This document shows positions 31,920 to 39,307 of a stretch of 64,000 bases of DNA, piece after piece. Under the pieces are notes generated by a model that was given only the letters and a program-made list of their open reading frames with translations, made no database searches and was not told the origin of the DNA. Source of the stretch: an uncultured Gemmatimonadales bacterium (GTDB taxonomy: Bacteria > Gemmatimonadota > Gemmatimonadetes > Longimicrobiales > Gaopeijiaceae). Each line of letters begins with the position of its first letter. Positions within the stretch are counted from its first letter, which is position 1. The stretch lies in assembly GCA_963809895.1 (NCBI GenBank), contig CAWELD010000004.1, positions 195,356-259,355 of the forward strand. Direction: 5' to 3'. Both the position numbers and the translations under genes were made by a program.

Positions 31920-32726
31920 TCAGCTCACCGGTCGCACGACGGTCCAGATCCCGTCGACATGCGCGTAGAAGAGGCCCTTCAACGCGAGATGTGGCTCACC
32001 CGCTGACTCCTCGCGGATCAGCGGCCCATCATCAGCGAGGACCCGGACCAGTGGGCCGAAGGCATCGAGCCGAAGGGATCGCTCGTCCAGGGGCTCCACC
32101 GCCCAACCGGTCCGGCCCATCAACTGTGTGTACTGGGCTCTGATCGCGTCCAGGACCCCTTCGCGCCCACCCGACATCTCCCGCCACATGAGCGACGTCA
32201 GCTCCACCGCCGCCCCCGCATCGCCCCGCGAATAGGCATCGTGCAATCGCCGAACCCGCTGGACGATCGCGTCTCGCACCCCGTCGTCGACCGTGACATC
32301 CGGCAGACCCTGCCAGACCCAGGGGCGAGGGAGTGCCAGGTCCACCTCCACCGTGCGAGAAACCGTGTCTCCCACCACGTCATCCTCTACGGGCCCGACC
32401 TCGGCTAGAGTCGTCAGGCCTCCGTCCTCCACCCGCTGCACCGCTGCCGTGAAGGCCGACGGTCTCGCGTCTCGACGGGTCCAGCGGAATTCGACCGCGT
32501 TGGATCCGTCTATGGCGAACGGCGCCACCTGGATGAGGAGCGACGACTGGTCCGGAGACGCCGACGCCACGGGAATTCCGTTCACGAGCACGGTCACGGA
32601 GCGCACGGGATGCTGTACCTGAGCGACCACGGTGGGCACCCCCTGCGCCACCGCCCGCTCGGCTCCTGGCATGCTCAGCAACAGCGCCGCCAGTCCGGCG
32701 CCCCAAGGTGTCTTCCAGGTCAGCAT
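31920..32726 (-). CDS. Hypothetical exported protein
   Basis: Signal peptide (..AERAVA-Q), RBS GGAAGG, NTF2-like-looking C-terminal half. Confidence 0.7.
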   Translation of the reverse strand: MLTWKTPWGAGLAALLLSMPGAERAVAQGVPTVVAQVQHPVRSVTVLVNGIPVASASPDQSSLLIQVAPFAIDGSNAVEFRWTRRDARPSAFTAAVQRVEDGGLTTLAEVGPVEDDVVGDTVSRTVEVDLALPRPWVWQGLPDVTVDDGVRDAIVQRVRRLHDAYSRGDAGAAVELTSLMWREMSGGREGVLDAIRAQYTQLMGRTGWAVEPLDERSLRLDAFGPLVRVLADDGPLIREESAGEPHLALKGLFYAHVDGIWTVVRPVS

Positions 32727-32794
32727 CGTATCCTTCCCGTATTCGCGTCGTGACCAGTCGCCAGGCTGAAACGGTCGTCGCCGGTACGGACCGC

Positions 32795-32933
32795 CATGGT
32801 CTTCGCAGCCGTCGATGGCCGGGCCACCCGCGGGCGGCTGCGAACTCCAGGATAATCATGGTGTCCGCCGCCGGAGACCTCCGCCGTCCCCTCTGCGGCT
32901 GCAAACGACAGGATAGTCATGGTCTTCGCAGCC
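32795..32933. repeat. Alternating inverted 16-mer array forming 37-bp palindromes, 61-62 bp period
   Basis: CATGGTCTTCGCAGCC exact at 32795 and 32918, variant at 32857; inverted variants at 32836 and 32897. Confidence 0.8.
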
Positions 32934-33088
32934 AGCGTTCCCGCACGGCAGGTTTGCCCGCCCGGCCCTACGACGGCCGCGGTTCACGGCTTACGCCGGA
33001 CGCCGCATCAGCCGCGCTTGCCGGAACGCCGGCCAGACGCTAGACCCAGAGCGGAATCCTCCCCCCCTCCCTTTGACGTGGAGGAGCG

Positions 33089-34717
33089 ATGGGCATCCGC
33101 CTCGGCCCCCTGCTCTATGCCCGTGCGTCCGACAGCGGCGACGGCAGCCAGTGGTGCTTCGACGTCCGCGTTCTCACCGACCCCGGCGACCAGCCCACCC
33201 TGGAGCTGAACGGTGACGCCACCGCCGATCCCCCGGTGTCGCGCACCATGGGTCGTTTTCCCGGCCGGCCGCACCTGTGGTCCTGGCGTGTCACGGCTCG
33301 CCGCCAGGCCGCCGACACCACCCTCACCTACCGGATTCGCCTGGCCCCCGACTGGGCCCACGAGGTCGACGCCGTCGCGGTACCCGCCCTGGGTGCGCTG
33401 CCGCGGTTGAGTTGCTTCTCGTGCTCCGGGTTCGCCAAGCCCAGCGACGCCCGCGGCGTGGGGGACCCGGAGGCGGTGTGGAAGCTCATGGAGGTGCGCC
33501 ATCGGAGGGGGATTGCCGGCGGCTCCAACGACGATCCCTCGGGATACCATCTCCTCGTGGGGATGGGCGACCAGGTCTACGCCGACAGCATTCCCGCGGT
33601 GAAGGAGTTGGACGAGAAGACGCCGGCGGAGCGCAGCCGCCTGCGCCATTCCGCCACCCGCGAGGACCGGGCGATCCGCGACTACGTGGAGCTCTACGAG
33701 CGCGTGTGGTCCTACCCCGCGATCCGGGCCATGATGAGCCGCATTCCGGCGGTGCACACCTGGGACGACCACGACATCATGGACGGGTGGGGCTCCCACC
33801 ACGACGACGTCCAGAAGAATCCGGCCTATCTGGACCTGTTCAGCGCGGCCCGGCTTGTGTACACGGTCTTCCAGCTCGGTGGAGACGACGATGGCGCCAA
33901 CCCGCCGCCACCTCTCGTACGCCGCCAGGGATCGGGCTCCGGCACCGATCACTCCCTCCAGCATATCGCCTTCCGTGAGGAGAAACGCTGGCTGGACGTC
34001 ATTCTCCCGGACCAGCGCACGCACCGCACGCCCGAGCAGGTCATGTCGGAGGCGCAGTGGCAGACACTGGGCCGGGTGCTGGAGGAGTACCAGGACGCCG
34101 TCGCCACCGCCGATGCCGCGGCGGCGCCCACAGCGCCGCCCATCGCCCGCCACGTGCTCGTGGTGTCCGCCATCCCCCTGGTCTACGTGCGTTCACAGGC
34201 GGCAGCGTGGATCTTCGAGCACCTGGTGCCCGGCGTGCAGGGCCAGGAGGACGACCTGAGAGATCAGTGGCAGCACCGGGCCCACCTGGGAGAACGCGCC
34301 CGCCTGATCCACAACCTCATGGAGCTCCGACGTCGGACGGGAGCCGAGGTGACGGTGCTGTCGGGCGACGTTCACGTGGCGTCGTGGGGCAAGATCACCA
34401 GCCGCGATCCGCGTCTGGTCCGCCAGGGCGAGGTGGAGGCCACCGTGATGCAGCTCATCTCGTCGGCTATCGTCAACATCGCCCCCGGTCACACCACCGG
34501 CTGGTTCCTCGAGCAGGTGGCACGCCGGGGCCCCAGCCCGATCTCCAGCAGCGTCCAGGGAGAGCTGCTGGAGATGGAAGACGGACGGCGCATCGTGTCC
34601 GTGCGGAACTACCTGTCCGTGGCCTTCGACAACGGGGGCGACGGGGCCCTGTGGGCCGAGTGGGTCATGGAGGACGGCTTGCCCAGGCGTCAGGCCGTGA
34701 TTCACCCCCGGCCTTGA
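33089..34717 (+). CDS. PhoD-like phosphatase (alkaline phosphatase D family)
   Basis: GDQVYAD, WDDHDIMDGWGS, LSGDVH; RBS GGAGGAG; no signal peptide. Confidence 0.85.
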   Translation: MGIRLGPLLYARASDSGDGSQWCFDVRVLTDPGDQPTLELNGDATADPPVSRTMGRFPGRPHLWSWRVTARRQAADTTLTYRIRLAPDWAHEVDAVAVPALGALPRLSCFSCSGFAKPSDARGVGDPEAVWKLMEVRHRRGIAGGSNDDPSGYHLLVGMGDQVYADSIPAVKELDEKTPAERSRLRHSATREDRAIRDYVELYERVWSYPAIRAMMSRIPAVHTWDDHDIMDGWGSHHDDVQKNPAYLDLFSAARLVYTVFQLGGDDDGANPPPPLVRRQGSGSGTDHSLQHIAFREEKRWLDVILPDQRTHRTPEQVMSEAQWQTLGRVLEEYQDAVATADAAAAPTAPPIARHVLVVSAIPLVYVRSQAAAWIFEHLVPGVQGQEDDLRDQWQHRAHLGERARLIHNLMELRRRTGAEVTVLSGDVHVASWGKITSRDPRLVRQGEVEATVMQLISSAIVNIAPGHTTGWFLEQVARRGPSPISSSVQGELLEMEDGRRIVSVRNYLSVAFDNGGDGALWAEWVMEDGLPRRQAVIHPRP

Positions 34718-35330
34718 CGGCCATGTACTCCCGCAGCCCCTGTCGCAGCGTGAAGGCCCTCACGACCTGAAAGGGCGCCAGCAGCCGCTCCACCTGTGCC
34801 GGCAGGAGGGGCACCTGTGCCGGGATCGGCGGCCCCTCCGGTTTCTGGCTCACATGCTCCAGATCGGTGAGGGTGAAGCGCATGGGCTGGGCCATGGTGC
34901 GCTCCGAGGCGTCCAGCACGAGATGCAGGCGTGCGCCGGGCCCGGTCAGGAGAGCCAGGCGCTCCACCAGCGCCGGTCGCTCCTCGGGCTTCAGACGATC
35001 GAACAGGTCCCACGCCAGCACCACGTCGTAGGGCTGGCGCGGGTCCGGAGGCAGCGCCCGCAGCGCGGCCGGCCAGGCCGCGCCACGGGGCGGCTGGGGG
35101 AGCAGGTCCGCGAACCGGATGCGCCTGGCGAACCGGCTGAAGAGACGCAGGTGTGATTCGCTACCCGGCCCGAAATCCAGAACCGCGTGGCTGCGATCCT
35201 CCTTCAGCCCCGAGAAGAGCGCCGCGATACCGGGCGCTCCCCGTGCCACCACCTCGGGCGGCGCCTCCGGGCCCGGAGCGTGCTCGGGCTCCTCGGAGCG
35301 GCCTCGCCGGATCCGGTCGAGCCAATCCAC
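34665..35330 (-). CDS. Class I SAM-methyltransferase-like protein downstream of bactofilin
   Basis: VLDFGPGS motif I, YDVVLAWDLFD, LTGPGARL. Confidence 0.65.
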   Translation of the reverse strand: MDWLDRIRRGRSEEPEHAPGPEAPPEVVARGAPGIAALFSGLKEDRSHAVLDFGPGSESHLRLFSRFARRIRFADLLPQPPRGAAWPAALRALPPDPRQPYDVVLAWDLFDRLKPEERPALVERLALLTGPGARLHLVLDASERTMAQPMRFTLTDLEHVSQKPEGPPIPAQVPLLPAQVERLLAPFQVVRAFTLRQGLREYMAVKAGGESRPDAWASRPP

Positions 35331-35345
35331 CTGGGGTTCCGGGTT

Positions 35346-35972
35346 CTACGACTTGGCGGCATCCGCCGTGCTCGACGCCGCCTTCTTGTCGGACGCTGTC
35401 GAGCTCGAGGAGGAAGACGACCCGGACCCGCCCGTCGAGCCCGTCGACGCCGAGGCGCCGGACGCGCCGGACGAGGTCGATGACGATCCACCCGACGAGG
35501 AGCTGGAGGCGCTCGCCGACCCCGTCGAGCTTCCGCTCCTGGACGAGGTCCTCCGGGCCTCGGGCTCACCCATGTCCACGAGACCCCGGAAGCTGGCGCC
35601 GTCCTCCAGCACCACGCGGGGGGCGGTGATGTCACCCTGCACCTTCGCCGAGCTGCGCAGGATGACCTGCTCCTGACCCTTGAGGTCGCCCTCGACCTCG
35701 CCTTCGACGGTCACGACGCGGCCCGAGATGTTCGCCTTCACACGCCCGTCGCGGCCGACCGTGACCGACTGCTGTTGCAGATCCACGGATCCCTCGATCC
35801 GTCCCTCGATGAGGAGGTCCTCGTCACCGCTCACCTCGCCGCGGATCGTGATGGAGGGCCCGATCGTGGCCCGTCCCGAGGCTGACGACGACGGTGACCG
35901 ATGCGACTCGGGCCGGGGCGCGGCCTCGGGGCGACGCTCAGGATCGACTCCACCTTCTTCCTTCTTCCACAT
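35346..35972 (-). CDS. Bactofilin (polymer-forming cytoskeletal protein)
   Basis: ATIGPSITIRGEVSGDEDLLIEGRIEGSV..GDITAPRVVLEDGASFRGLVDM; Ser/Gly-rich tail. Confidence 0.93.
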   Translation of the reverse strand: MWKKEEGGVDPERRPEAAPRPESHRSPSSSASGRATIGPSITIRGEVSGDEDLLIEGRIEGSVDLQQQSVTVGRDGRVKANISGRVVTVEGEVEGDLKGQEQVILRSSAKVQGDITAPRVVLEDGASFRGLVDMGEPEARRTSSRSGSSTGSASASSSSSGGSSSTSSGASGASASTGSTGGSGSSSSSSSTASDKKAASSTADAAKS

Positions 35973-36037
35973 GCGCTCCCTCCTGGTGTGCTCGCTACAG
36001 GGGTCCTTTTCTTCGATGGCACATCCGGGGTCAACAA

Positions 36038-36053
36038 TGCAACAAGCCTGCCA
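36038..36053 (-). promoter_or_regulatory. Sigma54 -24/-12 promoter for bactofilin operon
   Basis: Minus strand TGGCAGGCTTGTTGCA = TGGCA..TTGCA with exact GG-N10-GC, ~65 bp upstream of the ATG. Confidence 0.6.
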
Positions 36054-36220
36054 CGCGGGAGCGGCGCCGAGGGGTGCCGGCCGAGGCCCGGCATTCGCGG
36101 CTCGGACCCCCTATTCGCGGCTCGATCGACCCCACGAAATCACGGGTTTCGCGGCCCCGTAGAAGGAACCGAGCGGCTGCCCGCGAGGGGTGGCCGCACC
36201 ACCCTCGCGGGAGTCCGCAC

Positions 36221-36823
36221 ATGCGCGCTACCACGTCTGTCATCACCCTGGCCGCACTGGCGCTGACCGCCAGCGCCTGCGGCGTCGAAGACACCACAGC
36301 CCCCCTCGGGACCGAACGCACGGAGAGCCCCGTCGCGGCCGGGCTCGTGACGCCCCCACAGAGTAATGGGGCGATGATCACCGTCGATGAGACCCCTGCC
36401 TTCTTCATCAACATCGACGCCAGGCGCGGCCTGGTGGCGATCCACGGCGCCTTCGTGCAGCTCTGCGAGGGCGACCCGTTCACCTTCGCGTCGCGCACCT
36501 GGATCACCACGCCTTCCGCGGTCCTTCAGGAGCTCGTGCGCATCAGCGCCACCGAAGAGCCCGTCGTGATCTACCGCTCCGAGACGGGCGAGGTGAGTTG
36601 CGACCTGGTTGTGTCGCCCGAAGCGCGGGTCGGCGAAGGAATGGTCCATCACGACCAGGTGCTCTCGCTGGCCAGCTTCAAGTCCACGTGGCGTGGCGAA
36701 GTAACCGCTCCGGATGGTTCGACGCATCACTATACGGAGGTCTACCAGCTCACCGGTGATCTCCACGATCCCAACAACCCGGCGCTGTGGTCCGTGAACG
36801 CGGCGAAGATCCTCGTGCACTGA
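36221..36823 (+). CDS. Hypothetical lipoprotein
   Basis: MRATTSVITLAALALTASAC lipobox; RBS GGAG. Confidence 0.75.
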   Translation: MRATTSVITLAALALTASACGVEDTTAPLGTERTESPVAAGLVTPPQSNGAMITVDETPAFFINIDARRGLVAIHGAFVQLCEGDPFTFASRTWITTPSAVLQELVRISATEEPVVIYRSETGEVSCDLVVSPEARVGEGMVHHDQVLSLASFKSTWRGEVTAPDGSTHHYTEVYQLTGDLHDPNNPALWSVNAAKILVH

Positions 36824-36938
36824 TCGGGGCGACATCGCCGGTTGTCTCGAATCGATGCACGCTGGCCCGGGGTGGTACGGGACGCGCCGCCCCGGGCACT
36901 TGCTTCGACAATCCAATCCACCCTTCCGGAGACGACTC

Positions 36939-37724
36939 GTGCGCACCGAGGACGACCTGCGTCTGCTGATCGTCGACGACGAGCCCCTGGCCCGCGAGTT
37001 TCTGCGCCTCACGGCCGAGGGCGTGGAGGGCGTCCAGATCGTGGGCGAGTGCGGCGACGGCGAGAGCGCCGTGGCGGACATCGAAGCGAAGCGCCCCGAC
37101 GTGGTGCTCCTGGACGTGCGCATGCCCGAGATGACCGGCTTCGACGTGATCCAACGGGTGGGCCCCGGGCGCATGCCGGCGGTGATCTTCGTCACGGCGC
37201 ACGAGGAGTATACGCTCCGGGCCTTCGAGGTCCACGCATTGGACTACGTGGTGAAGCCCTGTGAACCCGCGCGGGTGGTGGAAGCGTTGGAGCATGCTCG
37301 CGACCGGTTGGCCGGGCCCGAACTCACGCGCTTCGAAGAGCGGCTGGCGGCCCTCCTGAGCGGGTTGCACGGCACCCGCCCCGGACCTTCGACGCCCGGG
37401 GCCCTGCGTCTGACCATCCGCGACGGGGGGCGAGCCTACTTCGTGGCCGTCACCGACATCGACTGGATCGAGGCCGACGGCAGCGGGGTGCTTTTGCACG
37501 TGGGTGACGAGACCCACCGCATACGGGTGTCGCTCACCGGCATCCTCGACCATCTGGATCGGCGGCGGTTTACCCGGATCCACCGATCGGCCGCCGTGAA
37601 CATCGAGCGGGTGGCGGAGGTGCAGCCGTGGGGTGGGGGAGACTACGTGGCCGTCCTGAGCACCGGCGCCGAGCTGCGCGTCAGCCGAACCTACAAGGAC
37701 AATCTCTTCGCGCTGGTGCACTGA
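36939..37724 (+). CDS. LytTR family response regulator
   Basis: LIVDDEPLAR, LLDVRMP, FVTAH, DYVVKP, FTRIHRSAAVN, VSRTY. Confidence 0.95.
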   Translation: MRTEDDLRLLIVDDEPLAREFLRLTAEGVEGVQIVGECGDGESAVADIEAKRPDVVLLDVRMPEMTGFDVIQRVGPGRMPAVIFVTAHEEYTLRAFEVHALDYVVKPCEPARVVEALEHARDRLAGPELTRFEERLAALLSGLHGTRPGPSTPGALRLTIRDGGRAYFVAVTDIDWIEADGSGVLLHVGDETHRIRVSLTGILDHLDRRRFTRIHRSAAVNIERVAEVQPWGGGDYVAVLSTGAELRVSRTYKDNLFALVH

Positions 37725-37734
37725 GAACCGACGC

Positions 37735-38868
37735 TCATCCGACCAGCGCCGGCTCCTCGCGCCGCGCGGGCATGCGCGCACTGACGGTGGTCCCGACGCC
37801 CGGTGCGCTTTCGATGGACAGTCGGGCCTGGTCGCCATACGCCGTGCTCAGCCGATGCCGCGTGTTGCTCAGCCCGACTCCCTCCGTCTCAGGACCATGG
37901 ACGAACCCCGGGCCGGTGTCCCGTACCTGAAGTGCCAGAACGCCGCCCTCCAGCCGGGCGCTCACGTGGATCTCCACGCTACGCCGGACCGCGGCCACCC
38001 CGTGGCGGATCGCGTTCTCCACGATGGGCTGCAGCAGGAAGCTCGGGACCAGGACCGATCGGGCTCCGGGCTCACAGGCTATCGTGACCGAGAGACGCTC
38101 ACCGTAGCGGATCCGCTCGATGGAAAGGTAGAGCTCCAGAAGCTCGAGCTCTCGAGCCAGCGGCACCTCACGATCGAGCCCCGGATCCAGCGTACGTCGC
38201 AGCAGCTCGCCCAGACGCGCCAACATCGTGATGGCGCGGTCCGTGTCTCCGCGACGTGCCAGCGCCGACACGCCGTTGAGGGCGTTGTACAGGAAGTGGG
38301 GATTCAGCTCCGAACGCAGGGCGCTGAGGCGCGCGCGCGTCGCTTGTTCTCGCAAGCGCGCGCGATCGGCCTCGAGCTGGCTCGCCTCCAGCGTCAGTCG
38401 ATTCCGCTCCTCGTCGGCGGCCTGTAACCGCCGATTCGTCATCACCGCGGTGAGGGCTGCGGCGATAGCCGCGTACGTCACCAGATCCGACAGGAGATAG
38501 CCGGTGAGCAGGCTCCGGAATTGGGCGTCGAGACCCTGGAACCGATGCGACGAGGCGAGCCAGACCGTCACCGCGCTGAGCGCCAGATGGATCAGCACCA
38601 ACAGAGGCCCCGCCACCACGTGCAGCCAGGGCCGGCGGCGGCGGACCACCGTCTCCACCAGGGGCACCGTAGCCGCCCACAGGTACCACCAGGGCAGGTT
38701 GGCCGCCGCTGCCCGCAGCAACCCGAAGTCCGGGTCGACGGCGCGCCCCAGCCAGACGCCGCGCGCCGTTTCCAGGATTCCCAGGACCGTGGCGACGGCG
38801 AAGGCGGAACCGACGAGCGAGCCCGAACGCCGGGGCGATGGGGCGCCGGCAGCGGAAGAGTCGTTCAT
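37735..38868 (-). CDS. LytS/YehU-type sensor histidine kinase
   Basis: TM region, LRSELNPHFLYNALN, LQPIVENAIRHG, DTGPG, GVGLSN. Confidence 0.95.
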   Translation of the reverse strand: MNDSSAAGAPSPRRSGSLVGSAFAVATVLGILETARGVWLGRAVDPDFGLLRAAAANLPWWYLWAATVPLVETVVRRRRPWLHVVAGPLLVLIHLALSAVTVWLASSHRFQGLDAQFRSLLTGYLLSDLVTYAAIAAALTAVMTNRRLQAADEERNRLTLEASQLEADRARLREQATRARLSALRSELNPHFLYNALNGVSALARRGDTDRAITMLARLGELLRRTLDPGLDREVPLARELELLELYLSIERIRYGERLSVTIACEPGARSVLVPSFLLQPIVENAIRHGVAAVRRSVEIHVSARLEGGVLALQVRDTGPGFVHGPETEGVGLSNTRHRLSTAYGDQARLSIESAPGVGTTVSARMPARREEPALVG

Positions 38869-38906
38869 GCGATGAGCTACGAGAGAGCCGCGCGCACCTT
38901 GCCGAA

Positions 38907-38940
38907 ATATCGTAGTCTGATATATCATGCAGACCGATAC
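38907..38940. promoter_or_regulatory. Putative PadR operator between divergent kinase and PadR
   Basis: ATATC-N7-GATAT (38907-38923) plus weaker ATATC-N9-GATAC (38922-38940). Confidence 0.6.
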
Positions 38941-38968
38941 TTGTTCCTCTCGCGAGACGCCTGTCATC

Positions 38969-39307
38969 ATGCCCTCCGAATCGCTCACCCGACCGGCCTT
39001 CCTCATCCTCCTGGCTCTCTCCGACCGGCCACGCCACGGGCTGGGCGTGGTAGACGAGGTCGAGGCGCGCACACAGGGTGAGGTGCGCCTGGGTCCGGGC
39101 ACGCTCTACGGCACGCTCAAGCGTCTCGCCGAGTCGGGCCTCATCCGCGAGACCGTCGACGTGCCGGATCCCGACGACGACGACCCCCGGCGCCGCTACT
39201 ACCGGGTGACCCTCTCCGGTGCCGAGGCCCTGCGACTGGAGGCCGAGCGCATGCGGAGTCTCGTGCTGGTGGCGGAGCACAAGGACGTCCTGGAGCAGCG
39301 GACGTGA
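38969..39307 (+). CDS. PadR family transcriptional regulator
   Basis: FLILLALSDRPRHG..GPGTLYGTLKRL..RRRYYRVT. Confidence 0.93.
   Translation: MPSESLTRPAFLILLALSDRPRHGLGVVDEVEARTQGEVRLGPGTLYGTLKRLAESGLIRETVDVPDPDDDDPRRRYYRVTLSGAEALRLEAERMRSLVLVAEHKDVLEQRT

Noticed and set aside
32795..32933. Bona fide CRISPR array
   Set aside because: Only 2.5 divergent repeats, short spacers, no cas genes or leader; kept as a repeat
35380..35545. Low-complexity repeats as a DNA element, or acidic plus-strand ORF 35119-35676
   Set aside because: Explained by the Ser/Gly tail of bactofilin on the minus strand
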